Positions 48,103 through 60,322 of a stretch of DNA of 64,000 bases are shown in pieces. How positions within the stretch are numbered: the first letter of the stretch is position 1; each line of letters begins with the position of its first letter. The stretch lies in NCBI RefSeq assembly GCF_001447785.1, contig NW_015169845.1, positions 118,872 through 182,871 on the forward strand. Direction: 5' to 3'. This stretch comes from Gekko japonicus (lineage: Eukaryota). The notes beneath the pieces were generated by a model, which saw only the letters and a program-made list of their open reading frames with translations, ran no database searches and was not told the origin of the DNA. A program made the translations under genes and the position numbers.

Positions 48103-49493
48103 GAGCTGATGAACATTTGTGGAAGAGGACCTTTCGGCTGGAACAACCTGAGCAAGGGGAGATCAGTAAAATGTTCCTTGGAAGACCCAAAGGGACTTTT
48201 TCCCAAGCGGCTGAAAAGTCTGGTATTCGGCAGGGCTCAGAAAGTCCCCAGGGTAGCCGTGTGAGGAAGATGACAAAACAGAACTTTCTTTGCAGGGATG
48301 CTGAGAGAGGCATCTGTAAAACTGCCTTCCAAGAGGAGATCCAGAAGAGTCAACCACAACTCATAGTAGCTGAGGAAACACCGAGTAAAGAGAAGCTGCC
48401 CACATGCACACATTGTGGGGAAAACTTCGCTAACACATCTCACCTTATTATGCACCTGACAACCCACATGGGACAGGAATCACACGAATGTTTGGATTGT
48501 GAGCAGAGACTCGGTCAAAGAATACACATTGTCAATTGTGAAAAGGCCAACATGGGAAACAGATTGTACGGCTGCTCTGAGTGTGGGAAAAGCTTCAGTG
48601 ACCCCTCATGCCTCAGAAAGCATCAGATGATACACACGGGGGAGAAACCGTACAGTTGCTCGCAGTGTGGGAAAAGCTTCTCACAGCGCTCTGTCCTTTG
48701 GAGACACAAGCGATCCCACACAGGAGAGAAATCACACACCTGTGCAGATTGCGGCAAAGGGTTCTGTGACAAAAATTCCCTCAGCACTCACCAGAGAGCC
48801 CACACGGGAGAGAAACCGTTTGAATGTTCCGAGTGCGGGAAACGGTTTGGCTATGCCCCGAACCTGGCAAGGCACAAAAAACTGCACTCAGGGGAAAAGC
48901 CGTATCAGTGCTCAGAGTGTGGCAAACACTTGTGTGATAAGAAATCCCTCATTATGCACAAAAGAACACACACAGGGGAGAAACCGTACACATGCTCGGA
49001 ATGTGGCAAAAACTTCAGTTGGAAAGGATCCCTTCTCATTCATGAGAGAACCCACACGGGAGAGAGACCGCACCAGTGTTCAGACTGCGGCAAAAGCTTC
49101 TGTGATAAACAGTCACTTATTACGCACAGGCGAGCCCACACAGGAGAGAAACCGTATGAGTGCTTGAAATGCGGGAAACGGTTTGGTTATGCTCCAAACC
49201 TAGTCCGACATAAGAAGCTACACACAGGAGAGAAGCCGTACCAGTGCTCGCAGTGTGGGAAATGGTTCTCTCAGCCCTCGGACCTTCTAAGACACGAGTC
49301 AATCCACACGCGAGAGAAGCCGCATAAATGCACAGACTGTGACAAAAGTTTCAGCCAGAGGGCCTCCCTCATTGGGCACCAGAGAACCCACACAGGAGAG
49401 AAACCATATGAATGCGCCGAGTGTGAAAAAAGTTTCTGTAGTTTTTCTGGTTTCCGTAAACACCAGAGAATCCACACAGGAGTAAAACTATAA
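48103..49493 (+). CDS. Gene D terminal C2H2 exon (12 intact plus 1 degenerate finger)
   Basis: tttctgtgccag acceptor, phase 1, TGEKP-linked fingers. Spliced CDS 699+127+1391 = 2217 nt (738 aa). Confidence 0.95.
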
Positions 49494-49658
49494 GGGTGGT
49501 TGGTGTATAGGAATGCCTGTGGTGTGAAACTTGGCTGAAACATTAGATGGCGGGGAAAATGTGGTTCAGTTGTAGGGGAATCCTAACTTTATTGATCCGT
49601 GTTAGGTGATCAGCAGTTACAGTTCACAGGATTCCCCCCCCCCATTATAACTTAGGAC

Positions 49659-49864
49659 CGGTGTTCCCTCTAAGCTGAGTTAGCATGAGCTAGCTCACAG
49701 TATTTTAGCCTCCAGCTCACACATTTTTGTCTTAGCTCAGGAAGGATGGCTCCAGAGCAAACTAATTTATGCAGCAGCCAAATTGCTCACTCACAACTTC
49801 AATGCCAGTAGCTCACAAAGTAGAATTTTTGCTCACAAGACTCCACAGCTTAGAGGGAGCATTG
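49659..49864. mobile_element. hAT-type MITE in the probable 3' UTR of gene D
   Basis: TIRs and perfect TSD CTTAGGAC. Confidence 0.88.
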
Positions 49865-50269
49865 CTTAGGACACTGTTGAATCAGAGTTCTGCCACAATG
49901 GGGGGGATTGGCAAAAATCACCTTGATTCATTTTATTTATGTATTCATTCATTCATTTAGATTACTTATAGCCTGCCTTTCTCCTTGAGATTCAAGGCGG
50001 ATTCCATAGTGTCAGTCAAGTACAATAAACAGGATGGGACGTCCAATGAACGGTGCAATAGAGTTTGAGGAGGGGCTGTGGCTCAGTGATAGAGCATCCG
50101 CTTGGCATGCAGCTTTACTGAAATCCAGGTATATATCCTGGTTTATATGAATATATATTCTGGTTAAAGGCCTTCTCTTGATTTCCCCATGTCTCCATTC
50201 TCTTGCTCGGTCTCTTTTTAATTTGCATTCGAGCCACAGCCAATTTAGGGCTTTCAAGGCAAGAAACAC

Positions 50270-50408
50270 TCAGAGGTGTCCTGTCGTTGCCTGCCTCTGT
50301 GTCGGCACCCTGGGCTTGGTCTCCTCTCCCAGGACTGACCAGGGCCAACCCTGCTTTAGCTTCCAAGAGCTGACGAGATCGGGCTAGCCGGGGTCATCCA
50401 GGTCAGGG
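50270..50408 (-). mobile_element. 5S-derived SINE
   Basis: CCCTGCTTTAGCTTCCAAGAGCTGACGAGATCGGGCT is a reverse 5S segment. Confidence 0.65.
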
Positions 50409-50456
50409 CTTATCTATCTAAATATTATGTATTTTTATTTATTTTATTTATCTTCT

Positions 50457-50777
50457 CAGGGCTATTTTTGAGCAGGAACACACAGGAACGGAGTTCCGGC
50501 TGGCTTCAGAATTGGCCACGCCCACTACAGCCAAAACCTCTGCATGTGCGTGGCTACAGAGGGAAGGCCTGGAGAGCGACGACCCCCCCCCAGCGACTCT
50601 GAGGCAGGGGGGCCGGGGGGGCCCTTGAAGGATCAGGGAGGCATGGGTGTATGGCCTAATATGCTAATGAACTGCACTGTTAGGGTGTGGCCTAATATGC
50701 TAATGGGTTTCTGCTGTTGGGTGTGGCCTATTATTCTAATGAGTTCCTGCTGGGCTTTTTCTACAAAAAAAGCCCCG
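50457..50777. mobile_element. hAT-like non-autonomous element
   Basis: CAGGGCT..AGCCCCG ends, TSD TATCTTCT, internal GGCCTAATATGCTAATG repeats. Confidence 0.8.
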
Positions 50778-51120
50778 TATCTTCTTCCATTTGTATCCCG
50801 CCCTCCCCACAAGTGGGCTCAGGGCTGTTTACAAGGTCACCTAAAAACCTCATGGTAATAGGCAACATCAAATTTAGACACTATATATACATTCAGAGAG
50901 TTAAAATTAAAAAAAAATAACAGAGAACCAAGGTGAAAGTTGCCTCCATAGCGACGCTTGGATGGAACCTTCTGAGTGATGTTGTTGGATTCAAGCCGCT
51001 GACCACAAGGCCAGGGCTATCAGCAGGGGAGGCCAAGAATGGGGAAAAAAAATATATTATCTCTTTACTTCTGGACCCCTTTTCCCTCTGCTTGCTCCTC
51101 TAACACACTTGTCTGTTAAC

Positions 51121-51345
51121 AAGCCAGTTTGGTGCAGTGGTTAGAGTGCTGGACTAGAATCTGGCATAACCAGAAGTCCCCACTCTGCCATGGAAGCCAG
51201 CTGGGTGACCTTGGGCCAGTCACGCCCTCTCAGCCTAACCCCCCCCCCCCCGGGTTGTTGTGAGGACAGAATGGAGGAGAGGAAAACCACTGTAAGCCAC
51301 TTTTCTTCCCCACTGGAGAGAAAGGCAAGGTATAAAATAAATATA
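51121..51345 (+). mobile_element. tRNA-headed SINE
   Basis: AGCCAGTTTGGTGCAGTGGTTAGAG head and AT-rich tail. Confidence 0.7.
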
Positions 51346-52165
51346 TTAACTTGAAACTACATAGTCCCTACCCTGATTTTTATCCCACGCTGTTCATTGC
51401 CACTGAAATGTTTAATTTCCTAGCTCTTTTCCACGTACCAACTTTCCTTCTGTCTCTCTAACAAATCCAGTCCAATTGCTGTTTCATCCCCTGCCCTTCC
51501 CTGGAGACTGTTGTCTGACTAGTTTGTGAATTCGCTGTTCTTCACTTGTTCACAATGTTTGTGCAAGTACTTTCCCGAGTGTTGTTTATGTTTTTGTGGG
51601 GGGTCTTGAACTGTGGTGGAAATAGGCACAGATCTTTACCTCTTCTTCAGGGAACCCTTTCTGGGACAGGGATGTGTTGGATATTGTAACTTTGCATGCA
51701 ATAGGATCTGGGAGGGAAAGGGTTAAGAAAGTCCACTCCGGAACACTCGGCAGTTGGTCCCACTCCTACCCTCTCATCCTTAGATGTTGAGCCTCTTCTG
51801 CCCTTGCTTGCCTTCTGTTTTGTTTTTTGTCTTATATAGGACCTCTCTTCTTCTCTCTCTTACCTGGGCTTAGAGCTGTAGCAAGTCAACCTTTCTGAAG
51901 TTAATCTGTTCACAAATGTGCCTCCATGAATATGTCTTGTACGATTTCCTTGTATTTTTGTAAGTGAAATTTCTCTTGTTACCATTGGAGCAAAATTATC
52001 TTTGTAATTTGTTTGAACAGCATTCTCCCCTTAACTGGGAAACATGGAGGATTGGGAACACTGCATAAAACTTCTGTGCTTCCAAGTCAAATATCCCACC
52101 CACCCCCATTTAACCCAATAGGATGTGTGGGTGGGAATGAATCCCACATGGGTTTCATGAGCTGT

Positions 52166-53186
52166 CAGGGCCGGCTCACCCGCTAGGCGAACTAGGCATT
52201 CGCCTAGAGCGTGGGCTGGCCCTAGGGGTGCCAAAAAGGACCCGCTTCCCCGCCAAAGCCCCCCAGCACCCACCAAAAGCCTAGTGGCTTCCCTGACCAC
52301 CAGGTGACCGTCGCCACTGCCTCTGAGTTCTTCTGACTGGCTGGCCCCACCCTCACCAAAAGCCCACACGCCGCCCAGAAGCAGCTCTGCTTCCCGCCTT
52401 CCCCTCAGAGACTGCTGGCGGGCCCGCCTTGTGCCTCCCCTCAGCTGAAAAAGCTGACTCAGCTGAGTCAGTGCCCGGGCACCAGGAAGTTCCATGCTGG
52501 GAAGAAGCACTGCCTCTTACCAGCTTCCCCCAGAGACTGCCACCAGCTGGGCATGTGCAGAGGCAGCTGCGAGGTGCCCAGAACCGCTGGAAGGCGGTCA
52601 GCGTGAGCTCCGGGAGGCGCCGCGGAGGAGGAGGAGGAGGCTCGTGCCGGGATACATCCCCCTCCCCCGCACGACAAGAACAGCCACCCTGTAAGGTGGG
52701 CCGGGTGGGGCCGAGAGAGGGCAGTGGCGGGGGACTGGCCGGAGGTTTCTCGGGTTCCTCTCTGGTNNNNNNNNNNNNNNNNNNNNNNNNNNNNNNNNNN
52801 NNNNNNNNNNNNNNNNNNNNNNNNNNNNCGGGGGGTGGGGGGAGAGGAGGAGTTTGTGAGGCAGGTCGTTGCAGCTCTGTGGGTCCGTCTGGCCACCCCC
52901 CCTCTCCTGCTCCAGCTGTGGCAGAAGGGAAGGAAGGAAGGAAGACCCCGCTCCCCCCCCGGGACTGCTTGGGGTGGGGCTCTGCTCGCTCGCGTCTCCC
53001 CCAGCGGGCCGGGTGAGTGGGAAGCCAACCTGGGCAGGGGCAAGGCTAGCTTGTGGCACCCAGCGCCCCCCTCCCAGGTGTGTTTCTGGGAGGTCTGCCG
53101 GCCCCGCCAGGAGGTTGGCATTGCCTGGGGGGTGGTGTGACAAGTTGGCCTTGCCTAGGGAGCAGAAATACCTCGGGCCAGCCCTG
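52166..53186. mobile_element. GC-rich hAT-like non-autonomous element (contains gap 52767-52828)
   Basis: CAGGGCCGGC..GCCAGCCCTG TIR, TSD TGAGCTGT/TGTGCTGT, subterminal GCCTAG motifs. Confidence 0.75.
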
Positions 53187-54008
53187 TGTGCTGTTTTGCT
53201 ATCTGTTGCTATTTCTGTTAGACGTGTAGGAAGCTTAGGATAGACTTATGTTCTCCTCCTTTGGTACAAAGCTCCTTAAATCAAAGAATGGAAGCAAGGA
53301 TAACCTCTGCACCAATGGAAGGGTCAAATTTTAAGCCAGAGGCTGAAGAAGGAAGCGAGAACAGATCGTGTCTGACTGGAGAAGAGGAGACAAGACTACA
53401 GTGCAACCTAGGAGGAAAGAAGATTGACCACCATCTATACAAGCGGCCACTTGGTACAAACAGGACATTAACCATACCGTAAAGTGAATGTGTAATGTGG
53501 ATCTTAGGTGGCAAGCCCATCAGGGCATTTGATGTACAGCAGTTGGTGTCTACAGGCTGTGGGAATAAATAATAACACAAAACTCATATTGGAAGGCCTC
53601 ACTTTCTTTTCCTGTAACCAGTCGTCCAAGGGAATGTCGAGGGTGTTCTGGCAGTGCAGATGGGGCAATGTGGTACTGCTCTCTCTCATTTCACCTTCCC
53701 CTGTCCACTCTTTATTTGGACTACGACTATAATTGGTGGTGCTGGGAAGTGCTGTCAAGTTGTAGCTGACATGGTGACCCTGTAGGGTTTTCAGGACTAT
53801 AATTACAGATACCTGAATAAGAATAGCACAAGAGGCATGATGGAGAGCACAGACCCAATGCAGAAATACGGTATTACATTTGTAAAAAGAGGCAGTGACA
53901 AAATACATACAGCAAACAGATAAATACATCCTGTACGTAGTGGTATGGTCCACAGTTCCTTTCTCTGTACAAAACACCTCCCTGAACCATTCCGTTATAG
54001 TATAGCCT

Positions 54009-54042
<34 letters not shown>
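54009..54042. repeat. (TG)n(CG)n microsatellite, tail of a SINE fragment
   Basis: Direct reading. Confidence 0.9.
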
Positions 54043-54501
54043 CCAGCAAGTCACAGATGACTTATGGTGACCCCATAGGGGAGAGGTGTCAAACTCATTT
54101 GTTACAAGGGCCGGATCTGATATAAATGTTACTTCGTCAGGCTGGGCCATGATTGCCATAAAATGTAATGCCAGGTACCGGATGTACAGACTATGAATGA
54201 CACAGGCAAACCCAGTTTACAATATCATTTTTTACTCAAAATACAAACAAAAGCAATTGATTCCTAGGAATGAAAGCAATTGTTTTTCTGGGGAGTCCAC
54301 AAAAGCCACCATAAATGTATTTAATCACATGCAAAACTATTCCCTCCCCCAAGGGATACCATAACCCCCCCCAAGCCATTTCCTTTCATTTCGTGTCAGC
54401 TTTGACCACACACAGACCTCACCTGTCTTGGCAAAATATAGCAGGAAAGGTAGTTCTGCGGATATGATGGTCCAGGCCATTGGGGATTTCTGTGTCATAG
54501 C

Positions 54502-54703
54502 TAGGGTTGCCAGCTCCCAGTTGGGAAATTCCTGGAGATTTGGGGGGCAGAGTCTGGGGGGGGGAGGGACTTCATTGGGGTATAATGCCATTGAGTTCAC
54601 TTTCTAAAGCAGCCATTTTTTCCCAGGGGAACTGATCTCTGTCACCTAGAGATGAGTTCTAATCCTAAGTGATCTCCAGCTCCACCTGGAGGTTGGTAAC
54701 CGT
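54502..54703. mobile_element. TAGGGTTGCCA MITE
   Basis: TAGGGTTGCCA..TGGTAACCGTA ends. Similar copies near 55776, 56236 and 62894. Confidence 0.75.
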
Positions 54704-55224
54704 AGCCAGTACCTTGATTTGAACCCTGTACTGATGGACAGCCAATAGAGTGATTGCAGAATGGTTGTGATAGCTATCTTTTATGTCATTTTCTAATCCT
54801 GCTGTATTGTATACTAGGCAACCATCCCATAGCTTGCTGAGCTTACAATATTGTTTTAAAGGAACTCAACCTCTCCATATTCCTCAGGCTAATCCCCAAA
54901 GTGATGTTTGACCCTGTTTTTCTCCTATAATGATAAGCATCTTGATACATTAAAAAAGAGTGTAAATCACTTTAATTCTATAAACACAGTAAGTAAATAA
55001 ATTAGTGTTTAGGTAAGGTAAAGGTTTCCCTTGCTCAAAAGCCAGTCAAATTCGACTCTAGGGATGTGGTGCTCATCTCTGTTTCCAAGCCAAAGAGCCA
55101 GCGCTGTCCGTCAAGCATTATTTAAGGAAGGGAAATTGTTAAAAAAGGGGAAGAAAGGAGTTTGGCCAGTGGCTTGCTTTGAGTCCAGTCACACCTTAAA
55201 GAGTAATACAATTTCCCATGCTGA

Positions 55225-55720
55225 TAGATTTGAGTGGGTAGCCTTGTTGGTCTGAAGCAACAGAACTAAGTTTGAGTCCAATGGCACCTTGAAGACCAAC
55301 CAAGTATTATCCTGGGTATAAGCTTTTGTGTTCATGCACAGAGAATCTGAAAAAGTGTCCATGCGCATGAAAGCTTATACCCAGAATTAAACTTGTTGGT
55401 CTTCAAGGTGCCACTGGGCTCAAACGTTTCTATTTCTTTGGGGTGAGCTTTCATGAAGTTCCATCATCCCTTATTTCCAAGTCAAAAGGTGGGAGGAGCT
55501 TTACCGGGAAAAGTGAGTGGGAGTCAGGATGCAGCGTTCCAAGGCAAAAGGTAGACAGCTTTGCTCAGAGCAAGGAGATATGCACGGTCTGGATATAAGG
55601 TCTCTAACCGATCTTCATCCTCATTTGTATCTGATGAAGTGTGCTTTGCTTCACCAAAGCTGATGCATACCCTAGAAAATTTTGCTGGTCTCCTGAGATT
55701 TTGTTCTGCTACTAATACCA
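55225..55720. mobile_element. Penelope-like palindromic remnants with hammerhead relics
   Basis: Inverted arms 55270-55340 and 55360-55427; CTGA(A/T)..GAAAGCTTATAC motifs. Confidence 0.6.
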
Positions 55721-55929
55721 TGACTACTCACCCATGAGGAAGCGTGAGACTCAGGCCCTAAAGGGCCACTAGATTTAGGGTTGCCAACTCCAGTTTGGGG
55801 AAATCCCTGGAGATTTGAGGATCGTGTCTATGGGGGAGATTAGATCTGGGTAGAGATTTCGTTGTGGTATAGCATCGATTCTGCTCTCTGAAGCAGAATC
55901 TGAAGGCTGGCAACCGTAATCTGGATCCC

Positions 55930-56800
55930 CCCGCCCCCCAAATAAGAGCGACGTTCTTCTCTTTGTCTCCAATAAGTAGTAAGGGGTTAAGAAGGTGACC
56001 GAGCTGCTCTTGCTAGACAGGACGCAAAGGGGGAAATAGTAACGTCTTTCCCTCCCTTTCCCTTATCCTTCCGCCGGCTGGGATCCATCGTTGTTTGCAG
56101 AGGCGCTGGAGGAACCCGCTAAGAGCTGGACTGGGGGATGCCTAGAAGGGTAAAGAGCTGCAGGGCAGGGAGGGGGAGAACCCAGGATAGGCAGCCCTGC
56201 AGGGGATGGGGTGTGTGTGTGTCTCTGTTTGGGACGGCTGCCAGCCCTGGTTTGGGAAATTCCTGGAGATGTGGAGGTGGAGTCTAGGGAGGGGAGGGAC
56301 CTCAGCAGGGTATAATGTCATAGAATCCACCCTCCAAAGCAGCCATTTGCTCCAAGGGAACTGATCTGTGTTGTCTGGGGATCCGGTGTGATTCCAGGAG
56401 ATCTCCAGGCCCCACCTGGAGGTTGGCAACTCAGGATCCGGCTTGCAGAGCCTGGCCTGGAAGGACGAAGCAGGCCGGCCCCTTCTCCCTTTCAAAACTC
56501 TGAATCCAGCCACAGGGGCTGGGTCCGCAGCAAGGAGCAGACAGGAGGGGAGCAGGTTTCTCTCCAGGCCAGGAACAGATCCCGCTGCTGTGCCTTGTTA
56601 AAAAGCACAGGAGCAGGGCGGGCTGGGTTTGCTCCTGGTCATTTGACAGCCCGAGTGCCGAGTCGTTTCGGCGTAACTGCAGATTCAAGTGTGTGTTTTT
56701 TTTTGGGGGGGGGGGTTAAAGCTGGCCCCACGGAGGACCCTCCTCCCCAGTGTGACAGACAGGAAGGCTCCTGTCCCCTGTGAGTCTTCCCTTTAGAGAA
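55930..56800 (+). promoter_or_regulatory. Candidate promoter / 5' non-coding exons of gene E
   Basis: CpG-enriched and mostly non-TE, with possible donors near 56150 and 56779. Confidence 0.3.
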
Positions 56801-57329
56801 TTCCTGCACAACCCTTAAAGCAAATTGACTCCCACTTGGAGTTCTGTGGGCAGAGTGGTGGGGAAAGGGGATTTCATCTAGGGTGGCCAAGGTTCCCCCT
56901 GTCCACTGGTGTGGGGTGGAAGGGGGTCTCTCTGCTTTCCCCCCTAGTGTGGTAAATGGGATTCCTTTGGAGCAGGAGGGTGTGTGCAAAGGCTTCCTAG
57001 ATGCGTGGAGGCACCGCAGGACCCTTCTAGGGTGTCTGTGTGCAGGAGTCCTATGGGGTATTCACGACTGCCACATCCCCTCTTCCCAATCCCCTTTCAT
57101 CCCTGCTCTCTGTGGTGGTTCTGATTTTCTTGCATGGGCTGTGTTTGGAGAGCAGAAAAATGCCAAGTACAGAAATTAAAATGGTGCCCCAGAAGACTCA
57201 AAGCCACTCCTGTGGCCAGAGCTGGATACAAGGAGCCACAGGATGGAAAGTGGGGTCTGCAGGGGGGAGGACGTTCCCCACAGGGAGTGGGCCCCTGGAG
57301 CCAGGGGCGCTTTCCTCACATAGTTAGCT

Positions 57330-57803
57330 GGGGCCAGGGCCAGGGCTTTTTCGGTGGCGGCTCCTACCTGGTGGAATGAGCTCCCGGGGGAGATCCGGGC
57401 CCTGCGGGACCTTATGCAGTTCCGCAGGGCCTGCAAGACGGAGCTCTTCCGCCAGGCCTTTGAGTAGGAGCCGCCGCCCCACTATAGCATCACCGTCACG
57501 GGACCTTAAAGGATGCACTGATGAGGCCCTGAGGAAGAACCTGGAAATGTTTAGAAGATCTGATAAGTCGTCTCCGTTTAGGCATAATATCATGGGATGT
57601 ACCATCTGAACTGAGTTGCTTCATCTTGGACTCACGATACTAGTAATTGATTGAGCACCATTGTTCTTAACAATGCTGGATGCTTTTATTATGTACCATA
57701 TGCTTTATTTATGGCTCCGTTTTTACCTTGCCCTTGTGAGCCGCCCTGAGCCTTTGGGGAGGGTGGGATACAAATATGAAAAATAAATAAATAAATAATA
57801 AAT
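57330..57803 (+). mobile_element. L2 LINE 3' end
   Basis: AFSVAAPTWWNELPGEIRALRDLMQFRRACKTELFRQAF and an (AAAT)n tail. Confidence 0.85.
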
Positions 57804-58130
57804 AGTTGCAGTTCCGTGACTAAGACCATCAGCTGGGAAGGCCTGGCTTCCAATGACAGGGAGGAAATAAAAAGGCCGCAGTAGTCACAAAGAGATTAAA
57901 AAATAAGACCAAGGCTGATGGTGCAAGTAAAGTAAAAATATATTTTATCGCTCAGTTAAAATTCCCTATGCGTCTCACCAGCAGGCTTCTTCAGGGGAAT
58001 CTGTAACGTATAATACGAAAATACGTTTTGGAGTTCTTATAAATAGCAATTGTTATTTAGTCAGATATATGTAAATAAATAAAGCATTCTGTTAAGAATC
58101 AAATTACGGTTTGTCCTGTATGGTATAAAC

Positions 58131-58606
58131 ATTTATTAAAAACAGTTATAAGACCAGCACAATAAACCGAAGTAGTACAACACAGAGTCTACAACATAGG
58201 ATCCTTACAACCATAATTTCTAAAATGTCAAATCAGTCAATTCCATCATTAATGGCTCAAGTTACAGTACATTCTACATTTTTTAATTACCAAGTAACAA
58301 TATTTAGCAACACTGCGTGAGACAGAATCATAATTATCGGCCAGTAAGAACTTCATCAAGCATTCCTTGGCATATGTAAGGTAGTTAGCCAAGGGTTTAA
58401 ACCGTGAGAGAAGGGGTATCAACAGCTGCTGTCTCTCTACGTCATACATAGGACAATGGAGTAAAATATGGGCGGCCGACTCCATCTGTTCTAACAGGCA
58501 GGAGCAAATTCTCTGGTGCATGGGAGTCTGGTTATATCTACCATAAAGTACTGCTGAGGGTAACACATCAAGCCGGGCTCTAGTAAATGCCCATCTATGG
58601 TTAGGA
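58131..58606 (-). mobile_element. 5'-truncated LINE (RTE-X-like, CCHC C-terminus)
   Basis: RWAFTRARLDVLPSAVLYGRY..RICSC..E..HILLHCPMY..R, AATAAA at the 3' end and perfect 21-bp TSD TTTGTCCTGTATGGTATAAAC. Confidence 0.85.
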
Positions 58607-58904
58607 TTTGTCCTGTATGGTATAAACCAAGTACAAAACCATTGAGTTTAACTGCTAAGATTTATTCTGTCTTTATGATTGCATGGAGCAAAATGATGTG
58701 GAGGGAAAAACTCCCCGTACATAAGAGAGATAAAATACTCTGTCCAGCACACAACAGGTTTTGGCTGAGTTGTAAAAGAATCTTGCAGTGTTTCTGCAGT
58801 TAGTCTTGCAGTTTTTCTGCAACTAGAGTACAAGATCAGTAGCAACTGCTAATAGAAGAGCCCTAGTATATAACAGTGTTTAGTTGGTGCAGTCTCTGTT
58901 TTAC

Positions 58905-59830
58905 TTGCGTGTGTTCTGTGCTGTCAAGTTGCTTCTGACTTATGCTGACCCTATGAATTAATGACCTCCAAAACTTCCTGTCTTTAACGAGCCTTGCTAA
59001 GGTCTCGCAAACTGAGGGCCATGGCTTCCTTGATTGAATCAATCTATGTCAACGTTGGGTCTTCCTCTTTTCCTGCTGCCGTCAACTTTTCCTAGCATTA
59101 TTGTCTTCTTCAAGTTCCTCTTGTCTTCTCATGATGTGACCAACGTACGAAAGTCCCAGTTTAGTCATTTTAGTTTTGAGAGAGAGTTCAGGCTTGATTT
59201 GATCTAGAACCCACTTATTTGTCTTTTTGGCGGTCCACAGTATCTGTCAAATGCTTCTCCAAGACCAACACCACTTTCTTCCTAACTATAGATAGTCATA
59301 GGGAATAGATGGCGAACCTTTTAGAGACCGAGTGCCCAAACTGCGACCCAAAACCCACTTATTTATCGCAAAGTGCCAACATGGCAATTTAACCTGAATA
59401 CTGAGGTTTTACTTTAGAAAAAACAACTCATACATTAACTTAAGATGATCCAAACAAAGTAAGGAAAGGAATCCCAGATGCTTTCATTTACTTAAAATTA
59501 TTTGGCAGAGAATTCGACACTTTAATGATGGTCTGGGCCTGGCTGGGGCGATGGCATGCGTGCCCACAGAGAGGGCTCTGAGTGCCACCTCTGGCACCCG
59601 TGCCATAGGTTCGCCACCACTGCCATAGCATGAATTAACTTGATCTTGGTTGCCAGTGGGATATCCTTACACTTAAGAATATTTCCTGGCCCCTTCATGG
59701 CTGCCCTCCCCAGTCTCAATCCCCTTCTGATTTCTTGGGTGCAGTCTCCCTTTTGGTTAAGGATGGAGCCAAGGAATACAAAATCTTGAACAATTTCAGT
59801 TTCTTCATTTTCAGCCTTAAAGTGGTGTAA
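58905..59830 (-). mobile_element. RTE LINE 3' fragment interrupted by a hAT-type MITE (about 59301-59622)
   Basis: EIVQDFVFLGSIL..EIRRGLRLGRAAM..TKIKLIHAM peptide; GGCGAACC..GGTTCGCCACCACTG MITE ends. Confidence 0.8.
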
Positions 59831-60322
59831 TTCCCCAGTAGTCAGTGAGTGCCCTTCCACTCTACATCAGACAAACAGGTCAGTCCCTAACTATGCAAAA
59901 GAATAGACATAGACATAGACATTTAAATCCACAACACTCGAAAACCAGTGGGAGAACATTCCAGGTCATTCCATTGCTGACATAAGAGTGGCAGTCACCA
60001 GACAAAGAAACCTCAGTGGAAGATCACAATGCGAGGTGAGTTCATTCCCAGGTTCAGAACAATGGACACCTCCCCCCCCCCCCCCCAGCTACACGGGCTG
60101 AAGTTATCTCACTACAGATGTTAATTTTCTGCACCCAGGCATTTCACTTCTGCTTTAACTAAGTTGCTTACAATGCGCATTGTCCCTTTGCATCCTGAGT
60201 TTCTTCTTTGCAGCATCCCTCTCATCTTCTGACTGGGATGTAAAGACTCAGAGAACTCCATTCCTACTCCTGTCTGATGAAGGGAGCTTTGATGCGCAAA
60301 AGCTTATACCCTGGAAATTTAG

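Noticed and set aside
52031-53243. Multiple overlapping long ORFs and a CpG-island-like stretch
   Set aside because: They lie within a TIR/TSD-bounded GC-rich element and span an N gap.
53261-53720. Peptide MEARITSAPMEGSNFKPEAEEGSE.. resembling a SCAN-gene N-terminus
   Set aside because: No SCAN, KRAB or finger motif follows in any frame I could read.
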